A stretch of 64,000 bases of DNA from a virus (lineage: Duplodnaviria; Caudoviricetes). Positions 1 to 9,634 of this stretch are shown here, in pieces; the stretch's first letter is position 1, and every line of letters starts with the position of its first letter. Below the pieces are notes generated by a model. It was given only the letters and a program-made list of their open reading frames with translations, was not told the DNA's origin and did no database searches. The stretch spans positions 2,206 to 66,205 of the IMG/VR virus record IMGVR_UViG_3300006654_000661. One strand, 5' to 3'. The position numbers were made by a program, and so were the translations under genes.

Positions 1-3000
1 CTTCTCTTTAAAGCGGTCTAATCGTTTACGCAATTGCTTCAACTGTTTTTGCGTGCGCTTGGCGTCATCAGATAATCGTAGCAAAGCTTTATTCTCTTTC
101 CTGAACTCAAGCCGTTCCTTTCCTTTTAATGATTCAAGCTCAGCTTGTAACGTTTCCACTTCATCAAGTCTTTCGTAGAAAGTATTGCTGTCACCGTGAT
201 CCGTTGTCTCGCCATAAAAACGGCGAATGAATGGTGTTCTTGATGGTTCGAACTCACCTTGCGCACCACGCGTTGCTGTTTCTGCAGTGTTAAGAACAAA
301 GCGAGAAGCACCACTACCGATATATTCAAGCATGTAGCGAACGGTTTCAGGGTGAACGTCAATCAAGCCACTTTGATATTCACTACCGCCAGTGCCTTTA
401 TTTAACCCCATAGCTACTTGCTTATAAAATTCATTGGTAGATTTGAACCCGCTACCAGCATCCGATTTTTTACTACCATAGTTTTCATTAGCTTCACTAT
501 AAATGGCGCTACCGAAAAAGTTGCTGTTAGTTGCCAGGTCAATGAACGGTTTACCGATTTGCGGCATGATAGTTTTAACGCCAGTTTCCAAAGCATCATT
601 ACCTTCAGACAATCCGATCGGAAGAAATGAGCCCATCACCGCTTTAACTAAGAAGCCTGCATTATCTGACACTTCGCCACCGCTAATAACTGACTCCGCT
701 GCCGTACCGAAATTAGCAAAAACGTTATAGCCGTAAGGCATTGGGAAAGTTACATACTCTTTACTACCTGGAAGCATTAAAACAAAATTACGCTCTTTTA
801 CATACTCCGGTACTTTATCCCAATAGCTTTCACCATCATCATCTTCACCAGCAATAAAGCGATTCATTAACGCCATACTAAAGCCAACGCCAGCCATAGC
901 AATGCCAGCCTTTTGAGCGAGGTTAAGCTTTCTCTCGCCATCTACCGTTTTGAATGTACCAATAGCACGCGCAAAGTTCGCGGTTCCTTGAATGCCAGCA
1001 TTAGCAAATAAGTAAAGGGAGTTTAACCACGTACCAGCTTGGCCTTTACGGTTAAAGTTAACCGTTAGATTTTTGGCTACTACTGCGGCTTGATGCCTGC
1101 TTATTCCTGCATCGATAGCGTTCTTGTAGACAGATAGGCGAATCGTGTTTTCAACTGCAGAGTTATAATCTTCGATAAACTTTAACGCCGCTTTACCATG
1201 CTTAATAAGACCGCCTTTACTTTGCAGCTTCATTAATTTTTGCAAGTCTTTGCTTTGCGTTTCAATATCCTTCATATCGAAGTAACCGGTTTTAGCACCG
1301 GCTTTTCTAAAGTCATCGAATATTTGCGACCATTCAGTATCAGTTCGGTTTTCCCGTAGCGCACGGCGAATACCAGCTAATGCTTTAGGCATATCACGTA
1401 AAACGTTTTTGGTTAGTGATTTTATGTCAGTGCTTTTTAACTTCCCATCGTCTACGTCACTTTCTGCCGCCATGTTATAAAGCGCGGTTTGAATATCTCG
1501 CGTAACGTTAGTGATCAAGAATTCAGGGTTTGCAGAGGTAGCCATCATTGACAAAAATCTGTTTACCGAGCCAAGCACCTGAGTAATTCTATTGCCATTA
1601 TCAACCCCAACATTTTTCATTTGCATGGCCAAAACGGGATCATCTAGCTTTATGTAATAGCTCATTCCATCGCGCTTGGTAGCGAACCATTCAGATTGTG
1701 GTTTATCAGATAACGCCGACATCTTTTCTTTAGACATTGGCATCATTTTAATTTTACCGTCCGGCCCTTTCTTCCTTTCTAATGGCCCTTCAGTAGTGTA
1801 AGCGCTCCATAGTTCAGGGTTCGGCGCCTCTTCAATCAAATTCAATAACGCGTTACCCACTTCATTTTTGTGACCGCGAGTAATGGCGCGTTGCGTATCA
1901 AGGTATGCGTGAAGCAAAGGGCTTTCAGCGCGAGACTTACGGCCAAGTGCGGAAATGCTTTCTTTTCCTTTAATGTTGAAACCCATTCCGGTTCCCTGGG
2001 GCTTTCCACCTTCGTCTTTTGCTTGCCCTTTTAATGGCACATAAAAGCGGTAGTTATCCTGAAAGCCTGAGAACGTTTCTTCATCAATAAGGCCTTGCTC
2101 AAACATTTGCTGTGTGCGCTCGTCTATCATTTCACGCACGCTGTTTTGCAATTCAGTGTAAACGCTGCGGCGAGGATCACGATTTACAGCATCGATAATT
2201 CGTCTTGCTTCGTCATCCGTCATACCTGAGCCAGCGGTCATTTCTTCATCCATGCTATGAATGTGAGCGTTACGCTCTGGCGCGTGCAAGGCATATAAAA
2301 ACAAGTCCAATTCTTCTTGCTTGATATTATGCTTTGCCATTTTTTCGGCCATGGGTTCAAGATACTTTTCAGCTAATAGTCTGAAATCTTCCTCTACTTT
2401 CCCATAGTAAAGCGACTCAATTCCGTAAACGTCTGCTGAATCAGAAGTGTCTATTCCAGCTTTTCGCACGGTATCTTGCGCACGCTTAACGCGGTTGAAT
2501 TTATCTTGAATAAAGCGTAGTGCGTTATCCGTCCAACTCTCTTCTGGCATAGTGAAAGGTGTAGCATCATCAGTTGTGCGGAACATGGCGGCGTCTTCAT
2601 TTTGCAATGGCTTACCGGTATATTTTGCCTTGCTACCAAATGGAATGAAGTAACTCGTGCCATTTTCATCGCTCATTTCAATTGCATCAAAATCTTGAGC
2701 AACGGCAATCTTGCCTCTTAAATTTTGAATTTCCCATGAAACCTCAGCATCGTCACCAGACAAGAAATCAATATCGTATTCACTTTGGGCTTGGTCGTAG
2801 AATGCTGCTTCTGTCAGCGCTTCTATTTCAGAGCCTTCAAGGTAAGAGTATTCTTCTTTTGTTGTCTCTAATGCTTTATCCCAATCTAAATCGCTTGTTT
2901 CTGCAACCTTTCCCTTTCTTGGGTAATAGGTGTGATGAAACCCTCCATTATTTAGTGCGCTTCCTTTCTCACCGGCCAAGGTGAATACGCCATCAAACAT

Positions 3001-6000
3001 ACCAAAAGGAATTGGCTTTGCTTTTATCTCACCATCAAAATCCCCATCTGACTCATGTGTCAATGGAAACCCTGTATCATAGCCTTGCCGCTCTAAATCC
3101 GCTTTATTATTTCCGTTCAAACTAAACACCGCCGCTTTATTATCCGTGCTTGCAGGGCCATTTTTCGCCGCCGCTCTTGCCTTTTTAAGCAGGTAGAATA
3201 AATCGCTATCAGATACTTTAGCAAGTTTAGCTAAACCTAAGTCGCGCAATTTCTGACGAATAAGCCCTACAATCTCTTTTGCCAAGCGTTTAACAGTTGG
3301 CTTATTGCTTTGCTGCATGTGCGCTAGAAGTTCATCCATCAGCACGCGGTTTTTCATTTCCTGCGGCATATTGGTGCCATCTAAACCATTGATGTATTTA
3401 TCTAGTTTAATGCCGTGGCGCTTGGCGGTTTCGCGCAATCCTTTAAGGCCACCATTGGCAACGAATAGCGAATTAAGCTTTTTGGTAATGTCATTGCCGA
3501 ATAGATTTTTAATGCCTAAGTGACCATAAGCCTCATGGAAAAGCGTTGTTTCCATATCGAGTGCGCTGGTATGCTGATCTAAAACTACATGGACCTTACC
3601 TTTATGGAATACACCTTTTACTTGATACTCTGCGCCTTGGGCTTTTGCTGCATCTTTTATTTCGCTAGGAAGATCATCATAAGAAGAAACAACCGAAACG
3701 TAATTCTTACCGGCACTACTGAGCCCCTTGAGGAAGCGGCCGACGATTTCATTTGCATTAGAACGACTAACGGCACTCGTGTTGGCGTTACTAGTGACAG
3801 TGCCAGCGTTGAGAGCGAATAAAGGCGGTTCAACATCAGAGTCAGCATCTTGAGGTTTATCGATAACTATTGTTTTTGAATTTACATTCGTTGAATTGAT
3901 AGCCTCTTTAAATGCACCTTCTGGTAATGGCGTTTCATCTGCGCCAATTTCGTCCAGCCATTCTCTAAACTGCTTATCTACTTTGTTTGAGCGCTCACCG
4001 GCCATGCTACTTGTAACAGCAACCAATCTACCGCCAGGCTTTAAGAATCGATACGCATGTGCAACGTGTCGCGCCTCTTGTCCTTTGGAAAAAGGTGGGT
4101 TCATTATGATGCGGTCATAATCTGCACTTGGGTTCATGGTAAGGAAGTCAGCACTGGTAGGGCGATAACCTTGCTCGGTCAAATATTCGCGTAAACCGTT
4201 TGCCAGTTCGTTAGTGTCAACATTGTCTTTGCCAACTACCTCGGCGGCAGCATCAGCCAAGCTACCCACACCGGCGCTAGGCTCAAATACACTCATGCCC
4301 TCTTCAATCTCGGCAAGTTCCATCACTTGCTTTGCCACAATAGGCGTAGAGTTAAAGAAGTCGTTTTCTTTGTACTGGCCTTGAAACTTAGAGAGCTCTA
4401 TTTGCTTTTTGAGTTTATTGCTTCTCTTTGCAGGCTGCACGCTGCGGGTAATAGCGTCATATTCAAGCAATGCCGCACGCAACATAGGTGTTGAGACAAT
4501 ACCCATACGCTGCAGGCGGTTAAAGTCTTTGGCCACTTCTTCATAATAAGCGTTTTCAGAATTAGCCTGTATAAACTCTTTGAATTTACCGAAGTGTTTA
4601 TGGTTGGCAATATACATATCACCGCGACCATCTTTTTGCTTTCTCATTTCCGCTTCAGCATCAGCAAGCAACTTTTTACCTGCCATTGTATAGCCTTTGG
4701 TTTCGGCCATTTTGCTGGCTACACGCTTCACCATATCAGGGTACATGCGAGTGAGCGGGTATTCTGCCGAACGTACTTTTTGTTCAGGCGTGACGCCTTC
4801 TTTCCATTTAAGACCGCCAGCCACGCCGCCTTCGCGCTTGGTTTCAACTAAATCCTTGTCAGCATAGAGGCGTAATCTATTCCATGATGATGCAAGCAAA
4901 TCGCGCTCAGTGCCGTTTGATAGCTTGGTTAGGTATTTGGCCGTTCCATCCTTGATAGCATTCGCCAATGCGCGTAATTCTTTCGCCTTAGCTAGCTCGG
5001 CCTCTACACTTTCCATTGCGTAACCGGCTTCTCTAGCACGCTTGGCTGTGTTAGTTTTTCTGCTTGCGCCTAAAGATTCATTAGCACGCTCTTCAATCCT
5101 GTCGGCTAATTCTTCTAGGCTTGCGGTTTTATCCTTGGCTACTTTCGTTTTCTCTACGCTTTCACCTTCAAGCACTTTGAGGAATTCGCTTCTAGCATCT
5201 TCAGTTCTAAATTGAAAGCCAGGTATTGCACCTTGCTTATTGTATGCAGAGTAATAGCCGCCAAGCTGCTTTGATTTGGTGTTGAGCTCGGTATACAAAT
5301 CACGGTCTACGCGATCAGCCAGTGACACAATGAATAACTCATGCCCTTTCTTGCTGTGTGTTGACTCGTGTAATTCGTAATTAACCTCACCGTCTACGGC
5401 GCTTATCTGCTTGGTTGCTCTTGCTTCTTGTTCTGCCAATCTTTCATCAGCATGAAGCCTGTCGTATTGCGCCCACTGTTCTGGTGTAAAGTCTTTTTGT
5501 AGCCCGTTTCTAGCCGCGTTCCTGAAATCTTCAAGCGTTTGCGGGTTACTCATGCCTTCAATTCGCTGTCTACGCTCGTTGAATGCTTCGTCAACTTTAT
5601 CCTTACGCGCTTTCATGTTTTCGCGTAGCTGTTCATCGGTTAGATTTTTAAGCTTTTCCTTGGTCGATTCATACCAAGATTTACCACCAAAGTCCGTGAT
5701 TGAAATCACGCCACTGTCAGAAGTAACGAAACCAAACTCCGTTACCATTTGACGGTAAGAGGCATTTACCAGTTGATCCTTTTTCATGCCTGAGTCATGC
5801 CAGCCGCGATAAAATTTATCTTTTATCTGCGCCACGGTATGCGAGGCAATGTGTTCTTTCATTTCTGCTTCGTTATCAATGACCACATCAAGTGCGGCCC
5901 TTGCTTCATCAGCCGTTATGGTTTCATCAGCATTGCGGTACTTATCCCAAAACGCTTGTCTTTGCTCCGTTGGAGATAGGTTTTTAGTTTTTTGATTGGG

Positions 6001-9000
6001 TTTTGATTGTGCTGGTTTTGCTTGCTCGCCTTCAAGAATAGTTTTTGCGCGTTTAGCCAGGTTAGACCGTGCACCAACCACTTTCACTAGGCCACCCATT
6101 TTATTGAGCGCCTTATCTACCGATTGAACCAAGTCTTTTGCGTCAGCTTCGCTCATGCCATCAAGAATGGTTTCCATTTTCTTGTTTGCGAATTTGCGAG
6201 TTTCTTTTGCGAGTTCGTTTCGGCCATCAGTAAGATCAGCGGCAATGGTGCCAGCCAAGCGGGTAAACTCGTTTCTATCTTTTACCTTTTTGCTGTCCGC
6301 TTCCTTTTGAGCCTTTTGCTTTCTCTGCGCGTCATTCATTACCGCTTCGACTGAAGAGGCAATTCTCTTGCGCATACGATCAAGTTTATCGACTTCGGTG
6401 GTAAAGGCCTTGTTATTCTTCTCGGCTCGCTTGTTGTATTTATTGGTGTCTAAATTATCGCGCCCTGAAACAATCCAGCTTGGGTTGTTTTGGCTTCGTA
6501 TAGACTCACGGCGAGTGAATTGCGCTTGCTCATTCAGATAGTTTTCAGTTAACTCTTTCGCCTTTGCCTTGCGTTCTGGCGTATCGAGTAAACCTTTTTC
6601 ATTAAGCTCATTAAGAATGTCATCAGCCGCGCTATTGAGTTCAGCATTAAAGTCACGACCACGCCCTAAGTGTGTAGTGCGGTTGTAGGCTTCTTCAACG
6701 TCTTTGCTAATAGAGGGAACGGTAACGGTTACGCCGTGGGTTTCTTTTTTGGTTTCGGTGGGTTCGGCAAGTTGAGCCTTTCTTGCATTTGCAGCGGCTT
6801 CAACTTCCCTAATAAAGTCAACGCTACTTGTTTTATCTTGCTTGACTTCTTGAATTACATTATCAAAATCCGTGTCACTTTTAAGGTACTTGATTCGAGA
6901 TAGCAACCCTTTGCGATAAGCTTCGACTTGCTTCTTTTGCGTTTCAGGGTTTACAGTTGAAACGTTGCTTACTTCGCTTTCTGTGCCTGCTTGCCCAGTA
7001 TGTTCAGGGCTAACTGTTTCTAACTCACCGCCAAACATATCATTTTGACTTTCATCAGCAATGCTTTCAGGCTGTTCAACTTCGACCTGCTCTTGAGGTT
7101 TAGTGTCTAATGGGCTTGCACCTATTTCGTTTCTAATCTCTGAAACTAGCTCCGGTTTAGTTTCCCAGCTATCCCATGCTTTAGCTTGCGTTGATATTTC
7201 TTCAATCCGCTTATTTAAGCTTTTAGGATCCTTAACGTTAACGCCTTCCGCTTTTGCTAGTTTAGGGTTTTTAGCTGCGCCTCGAATAGCATTTAACCTA
7301 GTGCGCAATTCTCTTTGCTTGGTGGCTGCAACCTTTGCCATTTCCTCAGCTTCCCGCATTGCTGAATCATCAAAGCCAAATAAGTCGCCTGTTTGCTGTT
7401 CTTGACCGCTATCCTTGCGCATTGATTTAACTGCGCGAATAAGGTTTTCTGCGTAGGTAATGGAGCGCTGATCATTCATCAGCGCCTTTAATGCTAGTGA
7501 TTGTAACGCTTCATCTTTGGGGGCGGTTTCGGCTATTCGCTCTGCGGCTTGTCCTGTAATTCTGCCACTCCGTTGCGCTTCAACTGTCTCGCGAGTAGCA
7601 CTAGACGCGATTCTGTAGGCCGTTCTCCCGATTGCACGGTCGAGTAAGCCGAGTTCTTTTGCATCCTCTTCTGTGAGTTTGTCTTGTTGGAATAGTTCGA
7701 CATAATCCTCTACCTGCCCTTTATCTTCACGAATATTAAGTATAGCATCGGTACGCTTTCCGTCCTCCGCTGTAAAGCCTTCATCCTCATAATGATACTG
7801 TGCGGGGATATTGTCTACCCCTGCTCGCTTAGCTAAATCAAATCTGTGACGCCCAGTAATAATTTCTTTATCACCGTTTGACCGAACCCATACTTGAATT
7901 GGGGCCATGCCTACTGGGTCATATTTTCCGGTTAGCGGCTCAACAACACCATCTTGATCTGCGCCTGACTTGAACTGAGGAATGTCATCAGATAATTTCA
8001 ACTCTGATAACGGTGCTTCAATAACAACTTTTTCATGTGGGTTTAGTGGATTGTCATTTGTGTCTCGTCGTGCTGCCAAAGAAGTATTCTCTGCATCGCC
8101 TGTTCCAATTGCTCCGTTTGCACTCTCACGTAACCGTCCTCCATTATCTCCCCGTACATCGCGTGGTAATGAAGTTCCAGCGCTTCCCACTTGCTGATCA
8201 CTTGGTTGTTCAATGCTTCCTGTATCCAATCCAACATTGCTATTCTCCGATACCCAGCCATAGCCGCCATTTACTTCAATGACCTGCGGGTTTAATCCCT
8301 GCTCTTTGGCTTGACGAAATTCCTTTGTCAGTTGTGCGGCTCTGCGCCCACTGAACGGATCGCCATTGCGTTTAACTTGAACGTTTCTACCATCTTCACC
8401 AAAAATAATATCTTTTTGCGGTAAAGCTCGGTTAGACACTTCGCCAACATTATCCGCAAATTCTTGCGCCTGCTGCATGGGCCTGCCATCTTCAGCAATA
8501 ATCGTATCGGCGCGATTAGGCAATCCGCGAGGGCGTTCAAACTCACCATCTATAATAGGCGCCTCTAATACTTGGCCGACTGGCACGGAACGCGGTGGTT
8601 CGCGGTACTGCTCATACTCTCCATCAAAAGTATATGGCTGCATTTGCCCACGGTAAGGCATATCGTTTTGACCATACTGCCAATTAGGTTGCGTATCGCC
8701 TGCGGTTTCGCCAGGAATAACTTCAACTTCGTTACCGGTAATAGCCTGCTCTTGTGCTGGCCCAATATCCGCAAACGGGTCTGGTGTCTCAAGCGCTTCA
8801 TTGATGCCTTGTGTAAGGTCGGTTTCTTCCATTTCGCTAATGGTGGGTTTCTCACCGCGATAACGGTTGTAGGCTGATTGACCTGCTTCGGTTCCCCCAC
8901 GAATAGTACCGCCAACTGCTGCACCGCCCACAAATGCTTCGTCTAGGTTTTCCAGTTCATCAAGCGATTTACCGCCACCCCATTGCGCTAATGCTTCTTG

Positions 9001-9627
9001 TCCGGTTTCCGTAATACCTTCTGTTAAAGCAGATTGACCAACACGCTTAATAACGTTTTTGCCTTCACCACCAAGTATTCGACCAATGGAAGATTCCACC
9101 CCAAGACGCTCTAAGCCTGCTTGACCAAAACCTGAAACGGTTGCACGCCATGGCTGTTTATTATCTTCTGGCTGCGTTTCGTATGCCTCGTTAGACATAC
9201 CGCCACCCATAGCAAACAAGCCAAGCGGGTTTAATGCTGCGGCCATCATAGGCACTGACTGTGCAGTCATTTCGCCAACATAACTACCCACATCACTGAA
9301 TGAATCAATATCTTTGTATGACGCTACTGAAGGTGTATAAGCTTGCTGTTCGCGAATGTTAGTTTGTATACCTTCATCTGCCCACTTCGATAGCGAGCCA
9401 CCTTGCCCAATAGTACGGCCAATAGCGTTTGTTTGCTCTTCTTTGGGTACGCCTACATCAGTAAAGCCTTTTACAGCGCGATAGCCTAACTCTTGTAATT
9501 TATCTACGCCTGCGCCCAATGCAGGCATAATGCCCGACTCGCCTTGTTGCGCATCGGGTAAGTCTGCAAAAGGGTCGCTTTGTGTATCAGGAAGATCAGC
9601 AAATGGGTTGTTCTGGTCAATAGCCAT
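1..9627 (-). CDS. Giant polyvalent virion/ejection protein (DarB-like; ParB-like, N6-MTase, zincin peptidase, AcrIF11-like ART, LPD38-like); >3209 aa, runs off the window
   Basis: ATG at 9627 (MAIDQNNPFADLPD). No ORF in this frame is listed in the track, consistent with no stop in the window. Hand translation gives ITGRHRF (~7840), FEPSAGVG and NPPF (~4280, ~4095), HEAYGH (~3530), WDKVPEYVKERNF and PFIRRFYGE (~800, ~220). Confidence 0.92.
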   Translation of the reverse strand, partial: MAIDQNNPFADLPDTQSDPFADLPDAQQGESGIMPALGAGVDKLQELGYRAVKGFTDVGVPKEEQTNAIGRTIGQGGSLSKWADEGIQTNIREQQAYTPSVASYKDIDSFSDVGSYVGEMTAQSVPMMAAALNPLGLFAMGGGMSNEAYETQPEDNKQPWRATVSGFGQAGLERLGVESSIGRILGGEGKNVIKRVGQSALTEGITETGQEALAQWGGGKSLDELENLDEAFVGGAAVGGTIRGGTEAGQSAYNRYRGEKPTISEMEETDLTQGINEALETPDPFADIGPAQEQAITGNEVEVIPGETAGDTQPNWQYGQNDMPYRGQMQPYTFDGEYEQYREPPRSVPVGQVLEAPIIDGEFERPRGLPNRADTIIAEDGRPMQQAQEFADNVGEVSNRALPQKDIIFGEDGRNVQVKRNGDPFSGRRAAQLTKEFRQAKEQGLNPQVIEVNGGYGWVSENSNVGLDTGSIEQPSDQQVGSAGTSLPRDVRGDNGGRLRESANGAIGTGDAENTSLAARRDTNDNPLNPHEKVVIEAPLSELKLSDDIPQFKSGADQDGVVEPLTGKYDPVGMAPIQVWVRSNGDKEIITGRHRFDLAKRAGVDNIPAQYHYEDEGFTAEDGKRTDAILNIREDKGQVEDYVELFQQDKLTEEDAKELGLLDRAIGRTAYRIASSATRETVEAQRSGRITGQAAERIAETAPKDEALQSLALKALMNDQRSITYAENLIRAVKSMRKDSGQEQQTGDLFGFDDSAMREAEEMAKVAATKQRELRTRLNAIRGAAKNPKLAKAEGVNVKDPKSLNKRIEEISTQAKAWDSWETKPELVSEIRNEIGASPLDTKPQEQVEVEQPESIADESQNDMFGGELETVSPEHTGQAGTESEVSNVSTVNPETQKKQVEAYRKGLLSRIKYLKSDTDFDNVIQEVKQDKTSSVDFIREVEAAANARKAQLAEPTETKKETHGVTVTVPSISKDVEEAYNRTTHLGRGRDFNAELNSAADDILNELNEKGLLDTPERKAKAKELTENYLNEQAQFTRRESIRSQNNPSWIVSGRDNLDTNKYNKRAEKNNKAFTTEVDKLDRMRKRIASSVEAVMNDAQRKQKAQKEADSKKVKDRNEFTRLAGTIAADLTDGRNELAKETRKFANKKMETILDGMSEADAKDLVQSVDKALNKMGGLVKVVGARSNLAKRAKTILEGEQAKPAQSKPNQKTKNLSPTEQRQAFWDKYRNADETITADEARAALDVVIDNEAEMKEHIASHTVAQIKDKFYRGWHDSGMKKDQLVNASYRQMVTEFGFVTSDSGVISITDFGGKSWYESTKEKLKNLTDEQLRENMKARKDKVDEAFNERRQRIEGMSNPQTLEDFRNAARNGLQKDFTPEQWAQYDRLHADERLAEQEARATKQISAVDGEVNYELHESTHSKKGHELFIVSLADRVDRDLYTELNTKSKQLGGYYSAYNKQGAIPGFQFRTEDARSEFLKVLEGESVEKTKVAKDKTASLEELADRIEERANESLGASRKTNTAKRAREAGYAMESVEAELAKAKELRALANAIKDGTAKYLTKLSNGTERDLLASSWNRLRLYADKDLVETKREGGVAGGLKWKEGVTPEQKVRSAEYPLTRMYPDMVKRVASKMAETKGYTMAGKKLLADAEAEMRKQKDGRGDMYIANHKHFGKFKEFIQANSENAYYEEVAKDFNRLQRMGIVSTPMLRAALLEYDAITRSVQPAKRSNKLKKQIELSKFQGQYKENDFFNSTPIVAKQVMELAEIEEGMSVFEPSAGVGSLADAAAEVVGKDNVDTNELANGLREYLTEQGYRPTSADFLTMNPSADYDRIIMNPPFSKGQEARHVAHAYRFLKPGGRLVAVTSSMAGERSNKVDKQFREWLDEIGADETPLPEGAFKEAINSTNVNSKTIVIDKPQDADSDVEPPLFALNAGTVTSNANTSAVSRSNANEIVGRFLKGLSSAGKNYVSVVSSYDDLPSEIKDAAKAQGAEYQVKGVFHKGKVHVVLDQHTSALDMETTLFHEAYGHLGIKNLFGNDITKKLNSLFVANGGLKGLRETAKRHGIKLDKYINGLDGTNMPQEMKNRVLMDELLAHMQQSNKPTVKRLAKEIVGLIRQKLRDLGLAKLAKVSDSDLFYLLKKARAAAKNGPASTDNKAAVFSLNGNNKADLERQGYDTGFPLTHESDGDFDGEIKAKPIPFGMFDGVFTLAGEKGSALNNGGFHHTYYPRKGKVAETSDLDWDKALETTKEEYSYLEGSEIEALTEAAFYDQAQSEYDIDFLSGDDAEVSWEIQNLRGKIAVAQDFDAIEMSDENGTSYFIPFGSKAKYTGKPLQNEDAAMFRTTDDATPFTMPEESWTDNALRFIQDKFNRVKRAQDTVRKAGIDTSDSADVYGIESLYYGKVEEDFRLLAEKYLEPMAEKMAKHNIKQEELDLFLYALHAPERNAHIHSMDEEMTAGSGMTDDEARRIIDAVNRDPRRSVYTELQNSVREMIDERTQQMFEQGLIDEETFSGFQDNYRFYVPLKGQAKDEGGKPQGTGMGFNIKGKESISALGRKSRAESPLLHAYLDTQRAITRGHKNEVGNALLNLIEEAPNPELWSAYTTEGPLERKKGPDGKIKMMPMSKEKMSALSDKPQSEWFATKRDGMSYYIKLDDPVLAMQMKNVGVDNGNRITQVLGSVNRFLSMMATSANPEFLITNVTRDIQTALYNMAAESDVDDGKLKSTDIKSLTKNVLRDMPKALAGIRRALRENRTDTEWSQIFDDFRKAGAKTGYFDMKDIETQSKDLQKLMKLQSKGGLIKHGKAALKFIEDYNSAVENTIRLSVYKNAIDAGISRHQAAVVAKNLTVNFNRKGQAGTWLNSLYLFANAGIQGTANFARAIGTFKTVDGERKLNLAQKAGIAMAGVGFSMALMNRFIAGEDDDGESYWDKVPEYVKERNFVLMLPGSKEYVTFPMPYGYNVFANFGTAAESVISGGEVSDNAGFLVKAVMGSFLPIGLSEGNDALETGVKTIMPQIGKPFIDLATNSNFFGSAIYSEANENYGSKKSDAGSGFKSTNEFYKQVAMGLNKGTGGSEYQSGLIDVHPETVRYMLEYIGSGASRFVLNTAETATRGAQGEFEPSRTPFIRRFYGETTDHGDSNTFYERLDEVETLQAELESLKGKERLEFRKENKALLRLSDDAKRTQKQLKQLRKRLDRFKEK

Positions 9628-9634
9628 TTATCAC

